Shown: positions 9,183 through 20,384, numbered from the stretch's first letter. The stretch: 51,299 nucleotides of DNA from a virus (IMGVR_UViG_641522650_000003); one strand, 5' to 3'. Numbers and translations: made by a program. The notes: generated by a model not told the origin, from the letters alone.

Positions 9183-11216
9183 ATGACTCAAGTCGCGAAG
9201 AAAATTCTGGTGACGTGCGCACTGCCGTACGCTAACGGCTCAATCCACCTCGGCCATATGCTGGAGCACATCCAGGCTGATGTCTGGGTCCGTTACCAGC
9301 GAATGCGCGGCCACGAGGTCAACTTCATCTGCGCCGACGATGCCCACGGTACACCGATTATGCTGAAAGCTCAGCAGCTTGGTATCACCCCGGAGCAGAT
9401 GATTGGCGAAATGAGTCAGGAGCATCAGACTGATTTCGCAGGCTTTAACATCAGCTATGACAACTATCACTCGACGCACAGCGAAGAGAACCGCCAGTTG
9501 TCAGAACTTATCTACTCTCGCCTGAAAGAAAACGGTTTTATTAAAAACCGCACCATCTCTCAGCTGTACGATCCGGAAAAAGGCATGTTCCTGCCGGACC
9601 GTTTTGTAAAAGGCACCTGCCCGAAATGTAAATCCCCGGATCAATACGGCGATAACTGCGAAGTCTGCGGCGCGACCTACAGCCCGACTGAATTGATCGA
9701 GCCGAAATCGGTGGTTTCTGGCGCTACGCCGGTAATGCGTGATTCTGAACACTTCTTCTTTGATCTGCCCTCTTTCAGCGAAATGTTGCAGGCATGGACC
9801 CGCAGCGGTGCGTTGCAGGAGCAGGTGGCAAATAAAATGCAGGAGTGGTTTGAATCTGGCCTGCAACAGTGGGATATCTCCCGCGACGCGCCGTACTTCG
9901 GTTTTGAAATTCCGAACGCGCCGGGTAAATATTTCTACGTCTGGCTAGATGCACCGATTGGCTATATGGGTTCTTTCAAGAATCTGTGCGACAAGCGCGG
10001 CGACAGCGTAAGCTTCGATGAATACTGGAAGAAAGACTCCACCGCCGAGCTGTACCACTTCATCGGTAAAGATATTGTTTACTTCCACAGTCTGTTCTGG
10101 CCAGCAATGCTGGAAGGCAGCAACTTCCGCAAGCCGACCAACCTGTTTGTTCATGGCTATGTGACGGTGAACGGCGCGAAGATGTCTAAGTCTCGCGGTA
10201 CCTTTATTAAAGCCAGCACCTGGCTGAATCATTTTGACGCCGACAGCCTGCGTTACTACTACACTGCGAAACTCTCTTCGCGCATTGATGATATCGATCT
10301 CAATCTGGAAGATTTCGTTCAGCGCGTGAATGCCGATATCGTGAACAAAGTGGTTAACCTGGCCTCCCGCAACGCGGGCTTTATCAACAAGCGTTTTGAC
10401 GGCGTGCTGGCAAGCGAACTGGCTGACCCGCAGTTGTACAGAACCTTCACTGATGCCGCTGAAGTGATTGGTGAAGCGTGGGAAAGCCGCGAATTTGGTA
10501 AAGCAGTGCGCGAAATCATGGCGCTGGCTGATCTGGCTAACCGCTATGTCGATGAACAGGCTCCGTGGGTGGTAGCGAAACAGGAAGGCCGCGATGCCGA
10601 CCTGCAGGCAATTTGCTCAATGGGCATAAACCTGTTCCGCGTGCTGATGACTTACCTGAAGCCGGTACTGCCGAAACTGACCGAGCGCGCAGAAGCATTC
10701 CTTAATACGGAACTGACCTGGGATGGTATCCAGCAACCGCTGCTGGACCATAAAGTGAATCCGTTCAAGGCGCTGTATAACCGCATAGATATGAAGCAGG
10801 TTGAAGCACTGGTGGAAGCGTCTAAAGAAGAAGTGAAAGCAGCTGCCGCGCCGGTAACTGGCCCGCTGGCAGATGATCCGATTCAGGAAACCATCACCTT
10901 TGACGACTTCGCCAAAGTTGACCTGCGCGTGGCGCTGATTGAAAACGCAGAGTTTGTTGAAGGTTCTGACAAACTGCTACGCCTGACTCTGGATCTCGGC
11001 GGCGAAAAGCGTAATGTCTTCTCCGGCATTCGTTCTGCTTACCCGGATCCGCAGGCACTGATTGGTCGTCACACCATTATGGTGGCTAACCTGGCACCAC
11101 GTAAAATGCGCTTCGGTATCTCCGAAGGCATGGTGATGGCTGCCGGTCCTGGCGGGAAAGATATTTTCCTGCTAAGCCCGGATGCTGGTGCTAAACCGGG
11201 TCATCAGGTGAAATAA
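9183..11216 (+). CDS. metG: Methionyl-tRNA synthetase
   Basis: Begins [35 protein letters not shown] with HIGH and KMSKS motifs and a C-terminal tRNA-binding domain; 677 aa from the MTQ start. Confidence 0.95.
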   Translation: MTQVAKKILVTCALPYANGSIHLGHMLEHIQADVWVRYQRMRGHEVNFICADDAHGTPIMLKAQQLGITPEQMIGEMSQEHQTDFAGFNISYDNYHSTHSEENRQLSELIYSRLKENGFIKNRTISQLYDPEKGMFLPDRFVKGTCPKCKSPDQYGDNCEVCGATYSPTELIEPKSVVSGATPVMRDSEHFFFDLPSFSEMLQAWTRSGALQEQVANKMQEWFESGLQQWDISRDAPYFGFEIPNAPGKYFYVWLDAPIGYMGSFKNLCDKRGDSVSFDEYWKKDSTAELYHFIGKDIVYFHSLFWPAMLEGSNFRKPTNLFVHGYVTVNGAKMSKSRGTFIKASTWLNHFDADSLRYYYTAKLSSRIDDIDLNLEDFVQRVNADIVNKVVNLASRNAGFINKRFDGVLASELADPQLYRTFTDAAEVIGEAWESREFGKAVREIMALADLANRYVDEQAPWVVAKQEGRDADLQAICSMGINLFRVLMTYLKPVLPKLTERAEAFLNTELTWDGIQQPLLDHKVNPFKALYNRIDMKQVEALVEASKEEVKAAAAPVTGPLADDPIQETITFDDFAKVDLRVALIENAEFVEGSDKLLRLTLDLGGEKRNVFSGIRSAYPDPQALIGRHTIMVANLAPRKMRFGISEGMVMAAGPGGKDIFLLSPDAGAKPGHQVK

Positions 11217-11225
11217 TCCCCCTTC

Positions 11226-11257
11226 AAGGCGCTGCATCGACAGCGCCTTTTCTTTAT
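11226..11257 (+). terminator. Rho-independent terminator of metG
   Basis: aaggcgctg-catcga-cagcgcctt followed by TTCTTTAT. Confidence 0.6.
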
Positions 11258-11356
11258 AAATTCCTAAAGTTGTTTTCTTACGATTTTGTCTCTCTCTAAC
11301 CCGCATAAATACTGGTAGCATCTGCATTCAACTGGATAAAATTACAGGGATGCAGA

Positions 11357-11922
11357 ATGAGACACTTTATCTATCAGGACGAAAAATCACATAAATTCTG
11401 GGCGGTTGAGCAGCAGGGAAACGAGCTGCATATCAACTGGGGCAAAGTCGGCACTAACGGGCAAAGCCAGATAAAAAGTTTTGCGGATGCTGCGGCAGCG
11501 GCAAAAGCGGAGCTTAAGCTGATCGCAGAGAAAACGAAAAAAGGCTATGTGGAAAATGCTTCAGCAAACGTGCATATCCCCCCCATTACCAAAGCCACTC
11601 CTGAAGTTGAAACTTCCCCTGAGAGTAAAAACCAACGCCCCTGGCTGGCTGATGATGCGGTCATTCGGCTAACTGACGATATTAATCGATTTGCTTTTCC
11701 TCATCGCTCTCGCCCCAGAGAGATCAATTATCTGCACAAAGATGGTCAAATATGGCAGCTCATCGCGAATAACACCAGGGCATATGATCCCGCCAACAAT
11801 TACCGTTCTTATCCAGAAAACTGGCAGCAGGCTTTTGCTGAGTTACAAATGCGAGTTCAGGGTAATCAACAGACAGGGAGTGCACAATCTGATGCAGCAT
11901 TGCTCTGGAGTTTCTGGAACTC
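11357..11922 (+). pseudogene. molR: WGR-domain protein gene (molR/yehH-like N-terminal fragment), truncated by the IS600-like element
   Basis: N-terminal WGR-like sequence (HKFWAVEQQGNELHINWGKVGTNGQ). The ORF runs into the IS end at 11923, so its last codons and stop are IS-derived. Confidence 0.55.
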
Positions 11923-11965
11923 TGAGGTGTACTGGCAATAGCGGACACTACCATTTGTTCTTTTT

Positions 11966-12325
11966 TTAAGCAGCCATCTGATGATATTTTTCCCTGAAGG
12001 CTGCCGGGGAGATATTCCCCAGACGAGAGTGACGACGCTGACGATTGTAGAAAATCTCAATGTATTCCCGTATTACTGAGATGGCTTCATCCCGGTTATT
12101 AAAACGATAGTGGCTCAGGCTCTCATTTTTCAGCGTTCCCCAGAAGCTTTCCATCGGAGCGTTGTCGTAACAGTGACCTTTACGCGACATTGATGTTTTC
12201 AGACCAGACTGCTCCTGTATGACCCGGTAATCGTATGCGCAGTACTGTGAACCTCGATCAGAGTGGTGGATTAGCCCGGCAGGTGGGCGCTGGCTCCTGA
12301 GCGCCATAAACAGGGCTTTACCTGT
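11966..12325 (-). pseudogene. IS600-like orfB, 3' fragment (split by IS2)
   Basis: The C-terminal 119 residues match the intact 272-aa orfB of copies B and C (KALFMALRSQRPPAGLIHHSDRGSQYCAYD...). Confidence 0.85.
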
Positions 12326-12416
12326 TAGACTGGCCCCCTGAATCTCCAGACAACCAGTATCACTTAAATAAGTGATAGTCTTAATACTAGTTTTTAGACT
12401 AGTCATTGGAGTACAG

Positions 12417-12782
12417 ATGATTGATGTCTTAGGGCCGGAGAAACGCAGACGGCGTACCACACAGGAAAAGATCGCAATTGTTCAGCAGAGCTTTGAACCG
12501 GGGATGACGGTCTCCCTCGTTGCCCGGCAACATGGTGTAGCAGCCAGCCAGTTATTTCTCTGGCGTAAGCAATACCAGGAAGGAAGTCTTACTGCTGTGG
12601 CCGCCGGAGAACAGGTTGTTCCTGCCTCTGAACTTGCTGCCGCCATGAAGCAGATTAAAGAACTCCAGCGCCTGCTCGGCAAGAAAACGATGGAAAATGA
12701 ACTCCTCAAAGAAGCCGTTGAATATGGACGGGCAAAAAAGTGGATAGCGCACGCGCCCTTATTGCCCGGGGATGGGGAGTAA
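12417..12782 (+). CDS. insC: IS2 InsC (OrfA)
   Basis: [41 protein letters not shown]..., 121 aa. Confidence 0.9.
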
Positions 12783-13645
12783 GCTTAGTCAGCCGTTGTC
12801 TCCGGGTGTCGCGTGCGCAGTTGCACGTCATTCTCAGACGAACCGATGACTGGATGGATGGCCGCCGCAGTCGTCACACTGATGATACGGATGTGCTTCT
12901 CCGTATACACCATGTTATCGGAGAGCTGCCCACGTATGGTTATCGTCGGGTATGGGCGCTGCTTCGCAGACAGGCAGAACTTGATGGTATGCCTGCGATC
13001 AATGCCAAACGTGTTTACCGGATCATGCGCCAGAATGCCCTGTTGCTTGAGCGAAAACCTGCTGTACCACCATCGAAACGGGCACATACAGGCAGAGTGG
13101 CCGTGAAAGAAAGCAATCAGCGATGGTGCTCTGACGGGTTCGAGTTCTGCTGTGATAACGGAGAGAGACTGCGTGTCACGTTCGCGCTGGACTGCTGTGA
13201 TCGTGAGGCACTGCACTGGGCGGTGACTACCGGCGGCTTCAACAGTGAAACAGTACAGGACGTCATGCTGGGAGCGGTGGAACGCCGCTTCGGCAACGAT
13301 CTTCCGTCGTCTCCAGTGGAGTGGCTGACGGATAATGGTTCATGCTACCGGGCTAATGAAACACGCCAGTTCGCCCGGATGTTGGGACTTGAACCGAAGA
13401 ACACGGCGGTGCGGAGTCCGGAGAGTAACGGAATAGCAGAGAGCTTCGTGAAAACGATAAAGCGTGACTACATCAGTATCATGCCCAAACCAGACGGGTT
13501 AACGGCAGCAAAGAACCTTGCAGAGGCGTTCGAACATTATAACGAATGGCATCCGCATAGTGCGCTGGGTTATCGCTCGCCACGGGAATATCTGCGGCAG
13601 CGGGCTTGTAATGGGTTAAGTGATAACAGATGTCTGGAAATATAG
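12740..13645 (+). CDS. insD: IS2 InsD (OrfB transposase)
   Basis: 301-aa ORF with DDE transposase motifs; overlaps insC as in IS2. Confidence 0.9.
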
Positions 13646-13656
13646 GGGCAAATCCA

Positions 13657-14120
13657 CCTGTCAGCTCTTTTGTCATGCGCTCTCCCATGGCGTAGCCGAC
13701 AATTTCGCACGTATAAACATCTTTGATGCCAGCGAGGTACAACCATCCCTCCTGTGTGGCAACATACGTCAGGTCCGCCACCCAGACCTGATTTGGTGCT
13801 GTAGGAGCGAACGTCTGGTTCAGCAGATTTGGCGCAACTGGCAGATTGTGGTTCGGGTTCGTAGTCGCTCTGAACTTGCGTTTCTGCTTACAGCGTAGCC
13901 TTAGCTCCTTACGAAGACGTGCCAGTCGGTCACGACCAACGATGATGCCATTCTCTGCCAGCTCCGTCTGGAGCCGCCGGGTTCCATATGTTTCGCGAGT
14001 GCGGATATGTGCCACCTTAATCTCCAGTTTTAGCCGCTCATCACTTTGTTTTCTGTCTGAGGGTTCATGCTGTACCCAGTTGTAATAACCGCTCCTGGAT
14101 ACACCAAATACCTGACACAT
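13657..14120 (-). pseudogene. IS600-like orfB, 5' fragment (split by IS2)
   Basis: The N-terminal 153 residues match orfB of copies B and C up to ...MTKELTG, then the frame enters IS2. Confidence 0.85.
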
Positions 14121-14155
14121 CGCTTCAATGGGAAATTGTTGTCGCCATTGTTCGA

Positions 14156-14458
14156 TTAACGCGTATTTTTCAGCGACTCCTGTGCAAAATACGCTGTTGC
14201 TTTTTTTAATATATCTCGCTCAAGGCGAGCTTCATTTAACGCCTTACGCAGTTGCAGAATTTCAGATTCCAGTTCAGCCACCGTGCGGGAACCAGGAGTA
14301 CCGAGCCCTTTTCTGGCGGCGGTAACCCATTGTCCTAAAGTGCCTTCAGGAAGGGATAATCGGGAAGCGCCTTCACTGATCGAAAGTTGATTTTCAGGAA
14401 CCGTTCTGACAGCTTCGGCTTTGAACTCTTTAGAGTAACGTTGGTTTTTTCTGCTCAT
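14156..14458 (-). CDS. IS600-like OrfA (HTH)
   Basis: 100-aa ORF MSRKNQRYSKEFKAEAVRTV...; A7 slippery run (plus-strand ttttttt at 14201-14207) within the orfA/orfB overlap. Confidence 0.85.
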   Translation of the reverse strand: MSRKNQRYSKEFKAEAVRTVPENQLSISEGASRLSLPEGTLGQWVTAARKGLGTPGSRTVAELESEILQLRKALNEARLERDILKKATAYFAQESLKNTR

Positions 14459-14581
14459 TATTAGCTCCTTCTGATGCCATTCTATTTCAGGAAGGAGTGT
14501 CCGTTAAACTCAGGCTACCTCACTCTGGTGATGCTGCCAACTTACTGATTTAGTGTATGATGGTGTTTTTGAGGTGCTCCA

Positions 14582-14857
14582 GTGGCTTCTGTTTCTATCA
14601 GCTGTCCCTCCTGTTCAGCTACTGACGGGGTGGTGCGTAACGGCAAAAGCACTGCCGGACATCAGCGCTATCTCTGCTCTCACTGCCGTAAAACATGGCA
14701 ACTGCAGTTCACTTACACCGCTTCTCAACCCGGTACGCACCAGAAAATTATTGATATGGCCATGAATGGCGTTGGATGCCGGGCAACTGCACGCATTATG
14801 GGCGTTAGCCTCAACACGATTTTACGTCACTTAAAAAACTCAGGCCGCAGTCGGTAA
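14582..14857 (+). CDS. insA: IS1 InsA
   Basis: Identical to the other insA copies. Confidence 0.9.
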   Translation: MASVSISCPSCSATDGVVRNGKSTAGHQRYLCSHCRKTWQLQFTYTASQPGTHQKIIDMAMNGVGCRATARIMGVSLNTILRHLKNSGRSR

Positions 14858-14901
14858 CCTCGCGCATACAGCCGGGCAGTGACGTCATCGTCTGCGCGGA
14901 A

Positions 14902-15279
14902 ATGGACGAACAGTGGGGATACGTCGGGGCTAAATCGCGCCAGCGCTGGCTGTTTTACGCGTATGACAGGCTCCGGAAGACGGTTGTTGCGCACGTATTC
15001 GGTGAACGCACTATGGCGACGCTGGGGCGTCTTATGAGCTTGCTGTCACCCTTTGACGTGGTGATATGGATGACGGATGGCTGGCCACTGTATGAATCCC
15101 GCCTGAAGGGAAAGCTGCACGTAATCAGCAAGCGATATACGCAGCGAATTGAGCGGCATAACCTGAATCTGAGGCAGCACCTGGCACGGCTGGGACGGAA
15201 GTCGCTGTCGTTCTCAAAATCGGTGGAGCTGCATGACAAAGTCATCGGGCATTATCTGAACATAAAACACTATCAATAA
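14902..15279 (+). CDS. insB: IS1 InsB
   Basis: Identical to the insB of copies 1 and 3. Confidence 0.9.
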   Translation: MDEQWGYVGAKSRQRWLFYAYDRLRKTVVAHVFGERTMATLGRLMSLLSPFDVVIWMTDGWPLYESRLKGKLHVISKRYTQRIERHNLNLRQHLARLGRKSLSFSKSVELHDKVIGHYLNIKHYQ

Positions 15280-15296
15280 GTTGGAGTCATTACCTT

Positions 15297-15569
15297 GCCT
15301 CTATTGGTGCAACCACCAAAGAAGACGCTGCCAAGACACTTGAGCCGTTAAGCGCCAAATACAAAAACATCGCGGGTGTTGAAGAAAAATTAACCTATAC
15401 CGATACCTACGCGCAGGAAAACGTGACTATCGATATGGAAAAAGTGGATTTTAAAGCCCTGCAGGGTATTTCAGGAATCAACGTTTCTGCTGAAGATACC
15501 AAAAAAGGTATCACTATGGCGCAAATGGAACTGGTGATGAAAGCCGCTGGTTTTAAAGAAGTGAAATAA
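15297..15569 (+). pseudogene. yehR: 3' fragment of a lipoprotein gene (yehR-like), 5' end removed at the IS1 junction
   Basis: Open frame ASIGATTKEDAAKTLEPLSAKYKNIAGVEEKLTYTDTYAQENVTIDMEKVDFKALQGI...KAAGFKEVK with no start codon or signal peptide, beginning at the IS1 end. Identity assigned by synteny. Confidence 0.45.
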
Positions 15570-15575
15570 TCTGTC

Positions 15576-15600
15576 GGCGGCCATGTTTCGCATGGCCGCC
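15576..15600. terminator. Perfect 10-bp hairpin between convergent yehR' and yehS
   Basis: ggcggccatg-tttcg-catggccgcc. Confidence 0.5.
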
Positions 15601-15609
15601 ATACCCGTC

Positions 15610-16080
15610 TTAGCTTTTCTTCACATGCTGGCGCGCTGCCAGTCCACGCAGAAAATAACGTAAAAATTGATCGCCGCATTCGCGGAAGTTTTTATGATCC
15701 GGTGCACGCATCATCGCCGTAATTTCCGGCATCGAAACGCGGAACTGCTGTTCGGTGAGGATCGCCAGAATGTCATCGGTTTTCAGCGAAAACGCGATGC
15801 GTAATTTTTTTAGCACGATGTTGTTATTAATGCGACGTTCCGGCTCCAGTGCCGGAGCAGACTCATCCTTGCCGCGTTTTTCATAAATCAGGCCATTGAG
15901 GAATGACGACAAAACAATGTCCGGACAACGCTGAAAACCCTCTTCGTCTTCTTTACGTAGCCAGACGGCGATCTGTTCCGCGGTGGCTTCGACATTACCC
16001 AGCGCCAGAATACGCACCAGGTCATTATTATTGGCTTTCAAAATGTAGCGCACGCTGCGCAGAATATCGTTACTTAGCAT
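15610..16080 (-). CDS. yehS: DUF1456 protein YehS
   Basis: 156 aa from MLSNDILRSVRYILKANNNDLVRILALG...; the longer listed ORF has a 19-codon leader. Confidence 0.8.
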   Translation of the reverse strand: MLSNDILRSVRYILKANNNDLVRILALGNVEATAEQIAVWLRKEDEEGFQRCPDIVLSSFLNGLIYEKRGKDESAPALEPERRINNNIVLKKLRIAFSLKTDDILAILTEQQFRVSMPEITAMMRAPDHKNFRECGDQFLRYFLRGLAARQHVKKS

Positions 16081-16126
16081 GAGGCCTTCAGGTGTTGATG
16101 AGGCAAAAAGCCATTTTAGCAGTCTT

Positions 16127-16846
16127 TTACAGGCCAATCGCCTCTTTTAAGGTTTTCAGATAACGGCGGCTGACCGGCACGGTTAAGCCATTACGCAAAA
16201 TCAACTCGGCCTGGCCGTTATCTTCCAGACGAATCTCCTGTAAATGCGCGAGGTTAACCAGATACTGACGATGGCAGCGCAGTAGTGGTGTACGACTTTC
16301 CAGGGTACGTAATGTCAATTCGGTAAAGCCCTCTTTCCCTTCGTGGCTGGTAACGTAGATACCGCTCATCCGACTGCTGACAAATGCCACATCTTTCATT
16401 TGCAGCAAATAAATCCGACTATGCCCAGTACAAGGGATAAATTTCAGCGCCTGTTGATTTTCTGGTAACAGCGAAACATCCTGCTTGCTGCGTTCCTGCC
16501 GCAAACGCGCCAGCGTTTTCTCCAGTCGCTCTTCATCAATTGGCTTCAGCAGATAATCAAAGGCGTGTTCTTCAAAGGCTTTAATGGCGTATTCGTCAAA
16601 CGCGGTGAGAAAAACAATATACGGACGATGTTCCGGGTCGAGCATCCCCACCATTTCCAGACCACTGATGCGCGGCATCTGGATATCGAGAAACAGCACA
16701 TCCGGGCGCAGTTTATGCACCGCGCCGATCCCTTCCACGGCGTTTGAACACTCACCAACGATTTCAATATCGCTCTGCTCCTGCAAAAATACGCGCAGGT
16801 TCTCCCGTGCTAACGGTTCATCATCGACAATTAAGACTTTAATCAT
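16127..16846 (-). CDS. btsR: LytTR-family response regulator BtsR (YehT)
   Basis: [16 protein letters not shown]... receiver domain with C-terminal LytTR domain; 4-bp overlap with the upstream kinase gene. Confidence 0.85.
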   Translation of the reverse strand: MIKVLIVDDEPLARENLRVFLQEQSDIEIVGECSNAVEGIGAVHKLRPDVLFLDIQMPRISGLEMVGMLDPEHRPYIVFLTAFDEYAIKAFEEHAFDYLLKPIDEERLEKTLARLRQERSKQDVSLLPENQQALKFIPCTGHSRIYLLQMKDVAFVSSRMSGIYVTSHEGKEGFTELTLRTLESRTPLLRCHRQYLVNLAHLQEIRLEDNGQAELILRNGLTVPVSRRYLKTLKEAIGL

Positions 16847-18528
16847 GCCTCGTCCCTCCATGGTAGTCGTAACGTTATTCGGGTGTAACTATCAGGCTCA
16901 CAGGCGACGCTTATCCCATAGTCATCGCCAAACCGTTCACGTAAACGCTTATCCACCAGATTCATCCCCAGCCCACTGGCATTGGTTACCGGTTGATACA
17001 AACCGGCATTGTCTTCGATCTCCAGCATCAAATGTTGCCCCTCACGTCGGGCGCTGATTGCCACTCGCCCTGTATCCAGCAGTTGTGATGTCCCATGTTT
17101 AATGGCGTTTTCCACTATCGGTTGCAGGGTAAACGCGGGCAATTGCTGCTGGGATAATTCTTGCGGAATAGCAATGTTGACCTGCAACCGCGACTGGAAG
17201 CGCGCCTTTTCAATTTGCAGATAAGCGTTCACATGTTCAATTTCGTCGGCGAGAGTAACAAACTCCGAAGGCCGCTTTAAGTTTTTGCGGAAAAAAGTGG
17301 AAAGATACTGCACCAGCTGGCTGGCCTGTTCGCTGTCGCGACGGCTCACCGCTTTAATGGTGTTAAGCGCATTAAACAAAAAATGGGGGTTCACCTGGGC
17401 GTGAAGCAGTTTGATCTCTGACTGGGTGAGCATCGCTTTTTGCCGCTCATATTGCCCGGCGAGGATCTGCGCCGAAAGCAGTTGCGCAATCCCCTCGCCC
17501 AGCGTGCGGTTGATTGAACTGAATAAACGGTTTTTGGCTTCATACAATTTGATGGTGCCCATCACCCGCTGATTTTCACCACGCAACGGAATTACCAGCG
17601 TCGACCCCAGTTTGCATTGCGGATGCAAAGAGCAACGATAAGGTACTTCGTTGCCATCAGCGTAGACCACTTCACCGGTTTCAATCGCTTTTAAGGTGTA
17701 AGTCGAAGATATCGGTTTGCCGGGTATATGGTGGTCGTCACCAATTCCGGTAAAGGCCAGCAATTTCTCTCGATCGGTAATCGCGACTGCACCAATATCC
17801 AGCTCCTGATACAGCACCTGTGCCACTTTCATGCTGTTCACTTCGTTAAACCCCTGGCGCAAAATGCCTTCCGTCGAGGCAGCCACTTTCAGCGCAGTGG
17901 CAGAAAAAGCCGAAGTGTATTTTTCAAACATCGCGCGTTTATCTAGCAATATACGCATAAACAGCGCCGCGCCGACGGTATTGGTGACCATCATTGGCGC
18001 AGCAATATTACTCACCAGACGCACCGCATCTTCATAAGGTCGGGCGATCGCCAGGATGATCAACATTTGCACCATTTCAGCGACGAACGTGACGGCACCG
18101 GCGGTAATGGGGTTAAAGACTTTATCAGTGCGCCCGCGACGGATCAGGATGCTGTGTACCAGGCCGCCGAGCAATCCTTCAACGATGGTCGAGATCATGC
18201 AACTTAGCGCGGTCATGCCCCCCATCGAATATCGATGTAACCCGCCGGTCAGGCCAACCAGCCCACCGACGACCGGACCGCCGAGTAAGCCGCCCATGAC
18301 CGCGCCTATCGCACGGGTATTGGCAATAGAATCGTCAATGTGCAACCCAAACCAGGTGCCCATGATGCAGAAGATGGAAAAGACGATGTAGCAGAGAAAT
18401 TTATGCGGCAGACGAACCGTGACCTGCATTAACGGTATGAATAATGGCGTTTTACTCATTAACCATGCAATGACTAAAAAAACGCACATCTGCTGAAGCA
18501 GCAGCAACACCAGATTAAAATCGTACAT
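16843..18528 (-). CDS. btsS: Sensor histidine kinase BtsS (YehU)
   Basis: 561 aa from [13 protein letters not shown]...; 5TM-LytS N-terminal domain, GAF and HisKA_3/HATPase region. Confidence 0.85.
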   Translation of the reverse strand: MYDFNLVLLLLQQMCVFLVIAWLMSKTPLFIPLMQVTVRLPHKFLCYIVFSIFCIMGTWFGLHIDDSIANTRAIGAVMGGLLGGPVVGGLVGLTGGLHRYSMGGMTALSCMISTIVEGLLGGLVHSILIRRGRTDKVFNPITAGAVTFVAEMVQMLIILAIARPYEDAVRLVSNIAAPMMVTNTVGAALFMRILLDKRAMFEKYTSAFSATALKVAASTEGILRQGFNEVNSMKVAQVLYQELDIGAVAITDREKLLAFTGIGDDHHIPGKPISSTYTLKAIETGEVVYADGNEVPYRCSLHPQCKLGSTLVIPLRGENQRVMGTIKLYEAKNRLFSSINRTLGEGIAQLLSAQILAGQYERQKAMLTQSEIKLLHAQVNPHFLFNALNTIKAVSRRDSEQASQLVQYLSTFFRKNLKRPSEFVTLADEIEHVNAYLQIEKARFQSRLQVNIAIPQELSQQQLPAFTLQPIVENAIKHGTSQLLDTGRVAISARREGQHLMLEIEDNAGLYQPVTNASGLGMNLVDKRLRERFGDDYGISVACEPDSYTRITLRLPWRDEA

Positions 18529-18749
18529 ACCCGCAAACCACACTTCCCTTTAAAACGCGTAACATATATTGCCTGCGTTTAACTTTCTTTGAACTCTTGC
18601 AGAAAAATGAGAATTCGTGAGTACAATCACTCAAAATCGCCTGGCAAAAATAAAATCACCCTATAAATGCACAAAAAACGGGCAAAACTACCTGGTTCGC
18701 AAAACTGCGTCTAAAGTTAAACCGGGACCTCGCGAGCAAGGGTGAGACG

Positions 18750-18818
18750 ATGGCGCTTTACACAATTGGTGAAGTGGCGTTGCTTTGTGATATTAACCCT
18801 GTCACGTTACGCGCGTGA
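18750..18818 (+). pseudogene. mlrA: mlrA (yehV) 5' fragment interrupted by prophage DNA
   Basis: MALYTIGEVALLCDINPVTLRA then TGA, with downstream sequence unrelated to MlrA; K-12 MlrA continues WQRRYGLLKP by recall. Confidence 0.6.
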
Positions 18819-18976
18819 CGCAACATTTTTAAAAATCGACGAAGATCGTCCAGGAGCGCCGTTTTTCAAGGGTTGGATAGATGATTCGTTTACCATGTCG
18901 ACGAACTTCGACGAATTTCGCCGATAAAAAGTGTCCCATACATGCCCCATTGATGCCCCATAAACAATATCAGGAA

Positions 18977-19027
18977 TTGACACTGGTTATCCATACAGAT
19001 AAAAATAACACCTGTACATAACTACAG
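18977..19027 (+). promoter_or_regulatory. Sigma70-like promoter (TTGACA-17-TAAAAT) with LexA box CTGTACATAACTACAG
   Basis: -35 TTGACA at 18977-18982, -10 TAAAAT at 19000-19005, CTGT-N8-ACAG at 19012-19027, immediately upstream of the IS1 copy 3 insertion point. Confidence 0.55.
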
Positions 19028-19053
19028 TTACAGGAGGGGGTAATGACTCCAAC

Positions 19054-19431
19054 TTATTGATAGTGTTTTATGTTCAGATAATGCCCGATGACTTTGTCAT
19101 GCAGCTCCACCGATTTTGAGAACGACAGCGACTTCCGTCCCAGCCGTGCCAGGTGCTGCCTCAGATTCAGGTTATGCCGCTCAATTCGCTGCGTATATCG
19201 CTTGCTGATTACGTGCAGCTTTCCCTTCAGGCGGGATTCATACAGTGGCCAGCCATCCGTCATCCATATCACCACGTCAAAGGGTGACAGCAAGCTCATA
19301 AGACGCCCCAGCGTCGCCATAGTGCGTTCACCGAATACGTGCGCAACAACCGTCTTCCGGAGCCTGTCATACGCGTAAAACAGCCAGCGCTGGCGCGATT
19401 TAGCCCCGACGTATCCCCACTGTTCGTCCAT
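19054..19431 (-). CDS. insB: IS1 InsB
   Basis: Identical InsB sequence. Confidence 0.9.
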   Translation of the reverse strand: MDEQWGYVGAKSRQRWLFYAYDRLRKTVVAHVFGERTMATLGRLMSLLSPFDVVIWMTDGWPLYESRLKGKLHVISKRYTQRIERHNLNLRQHLARLGRKSLSFSKSVELHDKVIGHYLNIKHYQ

Positions 19432-19475
19432 TTCCGCGCAGACGATGACGTCACTGCCCGGCTGTATGCGCGAGG

Positions 19476-19751
19476 TTACCGACTGCGGCCTGAGTTTTTT
19501 AAGTGACGTAAAATCGTGTTGAGGCTAACGCCCATAATGCGTGCAGTTGCCCGGCATCCAACGCCATTCATGGCCATATCAATAATTTTCTGGTGCGTAC
19601 CGGGTTGAGAAGCGGTGTAAGTGAACTGCAGTTGCCATGTTTTACGGCAGTGAGAGCAGAGATAGCGCTGATGTCCGGCAGTGCTTTTGCCGTTACGCAC
19701 CACCCCGTCAGTAGCTGAACAGGAGGGACAGCTGATAGAAACAGAAGCCAC
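19476..19751 (-). CDS. insA: IS1 InsA
   Basis: Identical InsA sequence. Confidence 0.9.
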   Translation of the reverse strand: MASVSISCPSCSATDGVVRNGKSTAGHQRYLCSHCRKTWQLQFTYTASQPGTHQKIIDMAMNGVGCRATARIMGVSLNTILRHLKNSGRSR

Positions 19752-19819
19752 TGGAGCACCTCAAAAACACCATCATACACTAAATCAGTAAGTTGGCAGC
19801 ATCACCACAGGAGGGTGTT

Positions 19820-20068
19820 ATGCGTGTTGAGATCTGTATCGCTAAAGAAAAAATCACTAAAATGCCAAACGGTGCTGTGGATGCGTTAAAGGAAGAATTA
19901 ACCCGACGCATCAGTAAACGTTATGACGATGTAGAGGTGATCGTAAAAGCCACCAGCAACGATGGCCTTTCTGTTACGCGCACCGCCGATAAAGATTCAG
20001 CTAAAACTTTTGTTCAGGAGACTCTGAAAGATACCTGGAAGTCTGCTGACGAGTGGTTTTTTCACTAA
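19820..20068 (+). CDS. dinI: DinI-family protein (prophage-encoded)
   Basis: 82 aa from [31 protein letters not shown]...[16 protein letters not shown], matching DinI by recall; AGGAGG 7 nt upstream lies within the IS1 TSD. Confidence 0.75.
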   Translation: MRVEICIAKEKITKMPNGAVDALKEELTRRISKRYDDVEVIVKATSNDGLSVTRTADKDSAKTFVQETLKDTWKSADEWFFH

Positions 20069-20171
20069 TTAACACGTAAAATCGGTAACAGCTGGAAATC
20101 ATTCAATACTCGCACTATCGAAAGTTCGCCAGCCAGCCGTGGCACGTTCTTGCATACGACGTGCTACGGTT

Positions 20172-20300
20172 TCATTCATCTCCGACCGGAAACTTCTTAT
20201 ACAAAGTCGATACGCCAACATCATAGATGATCACCACCTTCTGGCGAGAAACTCCTGATGCAATTTGTCGTCCGGCCTGTGCCTATTGCTCCGGCGTGAG
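20172..20300 (-). pseudogene. Remnant of a Pin/Gin/Hin-family DNA invertase (C-terminal HTH only, internal amber)
   Basis: Minus-strand frame reads LTPEQ-(TAG)-AQAGRQIASGVSRQKVVIIYDVGVSTLYKKFPVGDE-stop; compare Pin ...KLTPEQWAQAGRLIAAGTPRQKVAIIYDVGVSTLYKRFPAGDK (recalled). No catalytic N-terminal domain upstream. Confidence 0.6.
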
Positions 20301-20384
20301 AGTAATACAGTAAACTGTAGAAAAAGCCCATTAAACCTAATATAATAATAAGTTACAGAATTATCTTTACTGAATAATAGATAT

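Larger units (their letters stand above)
12326..13656 (+). mobile_element. IS2 copy 1 (1331 bp) inserted into IS600-like orfB; 5-bp TSD CCTGT
   Basis: Starts TAGACTGGCCCCCTGAATCTCC and ends GGGGCAAATCCA; CCTGT at 12321-12325 and 13657-13661. The uninterrupted sequence cctgtcagctc is present in IS600-like copies B and C. Confidence 0.95.
11923..14522 (-). mobile_element. IS3-family element (IS600-like, ~1264 bp) copy A, interrupted by IS2; flanked by 3-bp CTC repeat
   Basis: Ends TGAGGTGTACTGGCAATAGCGGACAC and TGAGGTAGCCTGAGTTTAACGGACAC (inverted), shared with copies B and C. orfA intact; orfB is split by IS2 into 11966-12325 and 13657-14120. CTC at 11920-11922 and 14523-14525. Confidence 0.8.
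14527..15294 (+). mobile_element. IS1 copy 2 (768 bp); no TSD, 4 bp from IS600-like copy A
   Basis: Canonical IS1 ends; flanks ctct / ttgcctcta are unrelated. Confidence 0.95.
19039..19806 (-). mobile_element. IS1 copy 3 (768 bp, inverted); 9-bp TSD ACAGGAGGG
   Basis: Canonical IS1 ends; ACAGGAGGG at 19030-19038 and 19807-19815. Confidence 0.95.

Noticed and set aside
11923..14525. 3-bp CTC repeat flanking IS600-like copy A as proof of simple insertion
   Set aside because: Kept only as weak support in the feature call: a 3-bp match occurs by chance about 1 in 64 times and copies B and C have no such repeat, so no conclusion rests on it.
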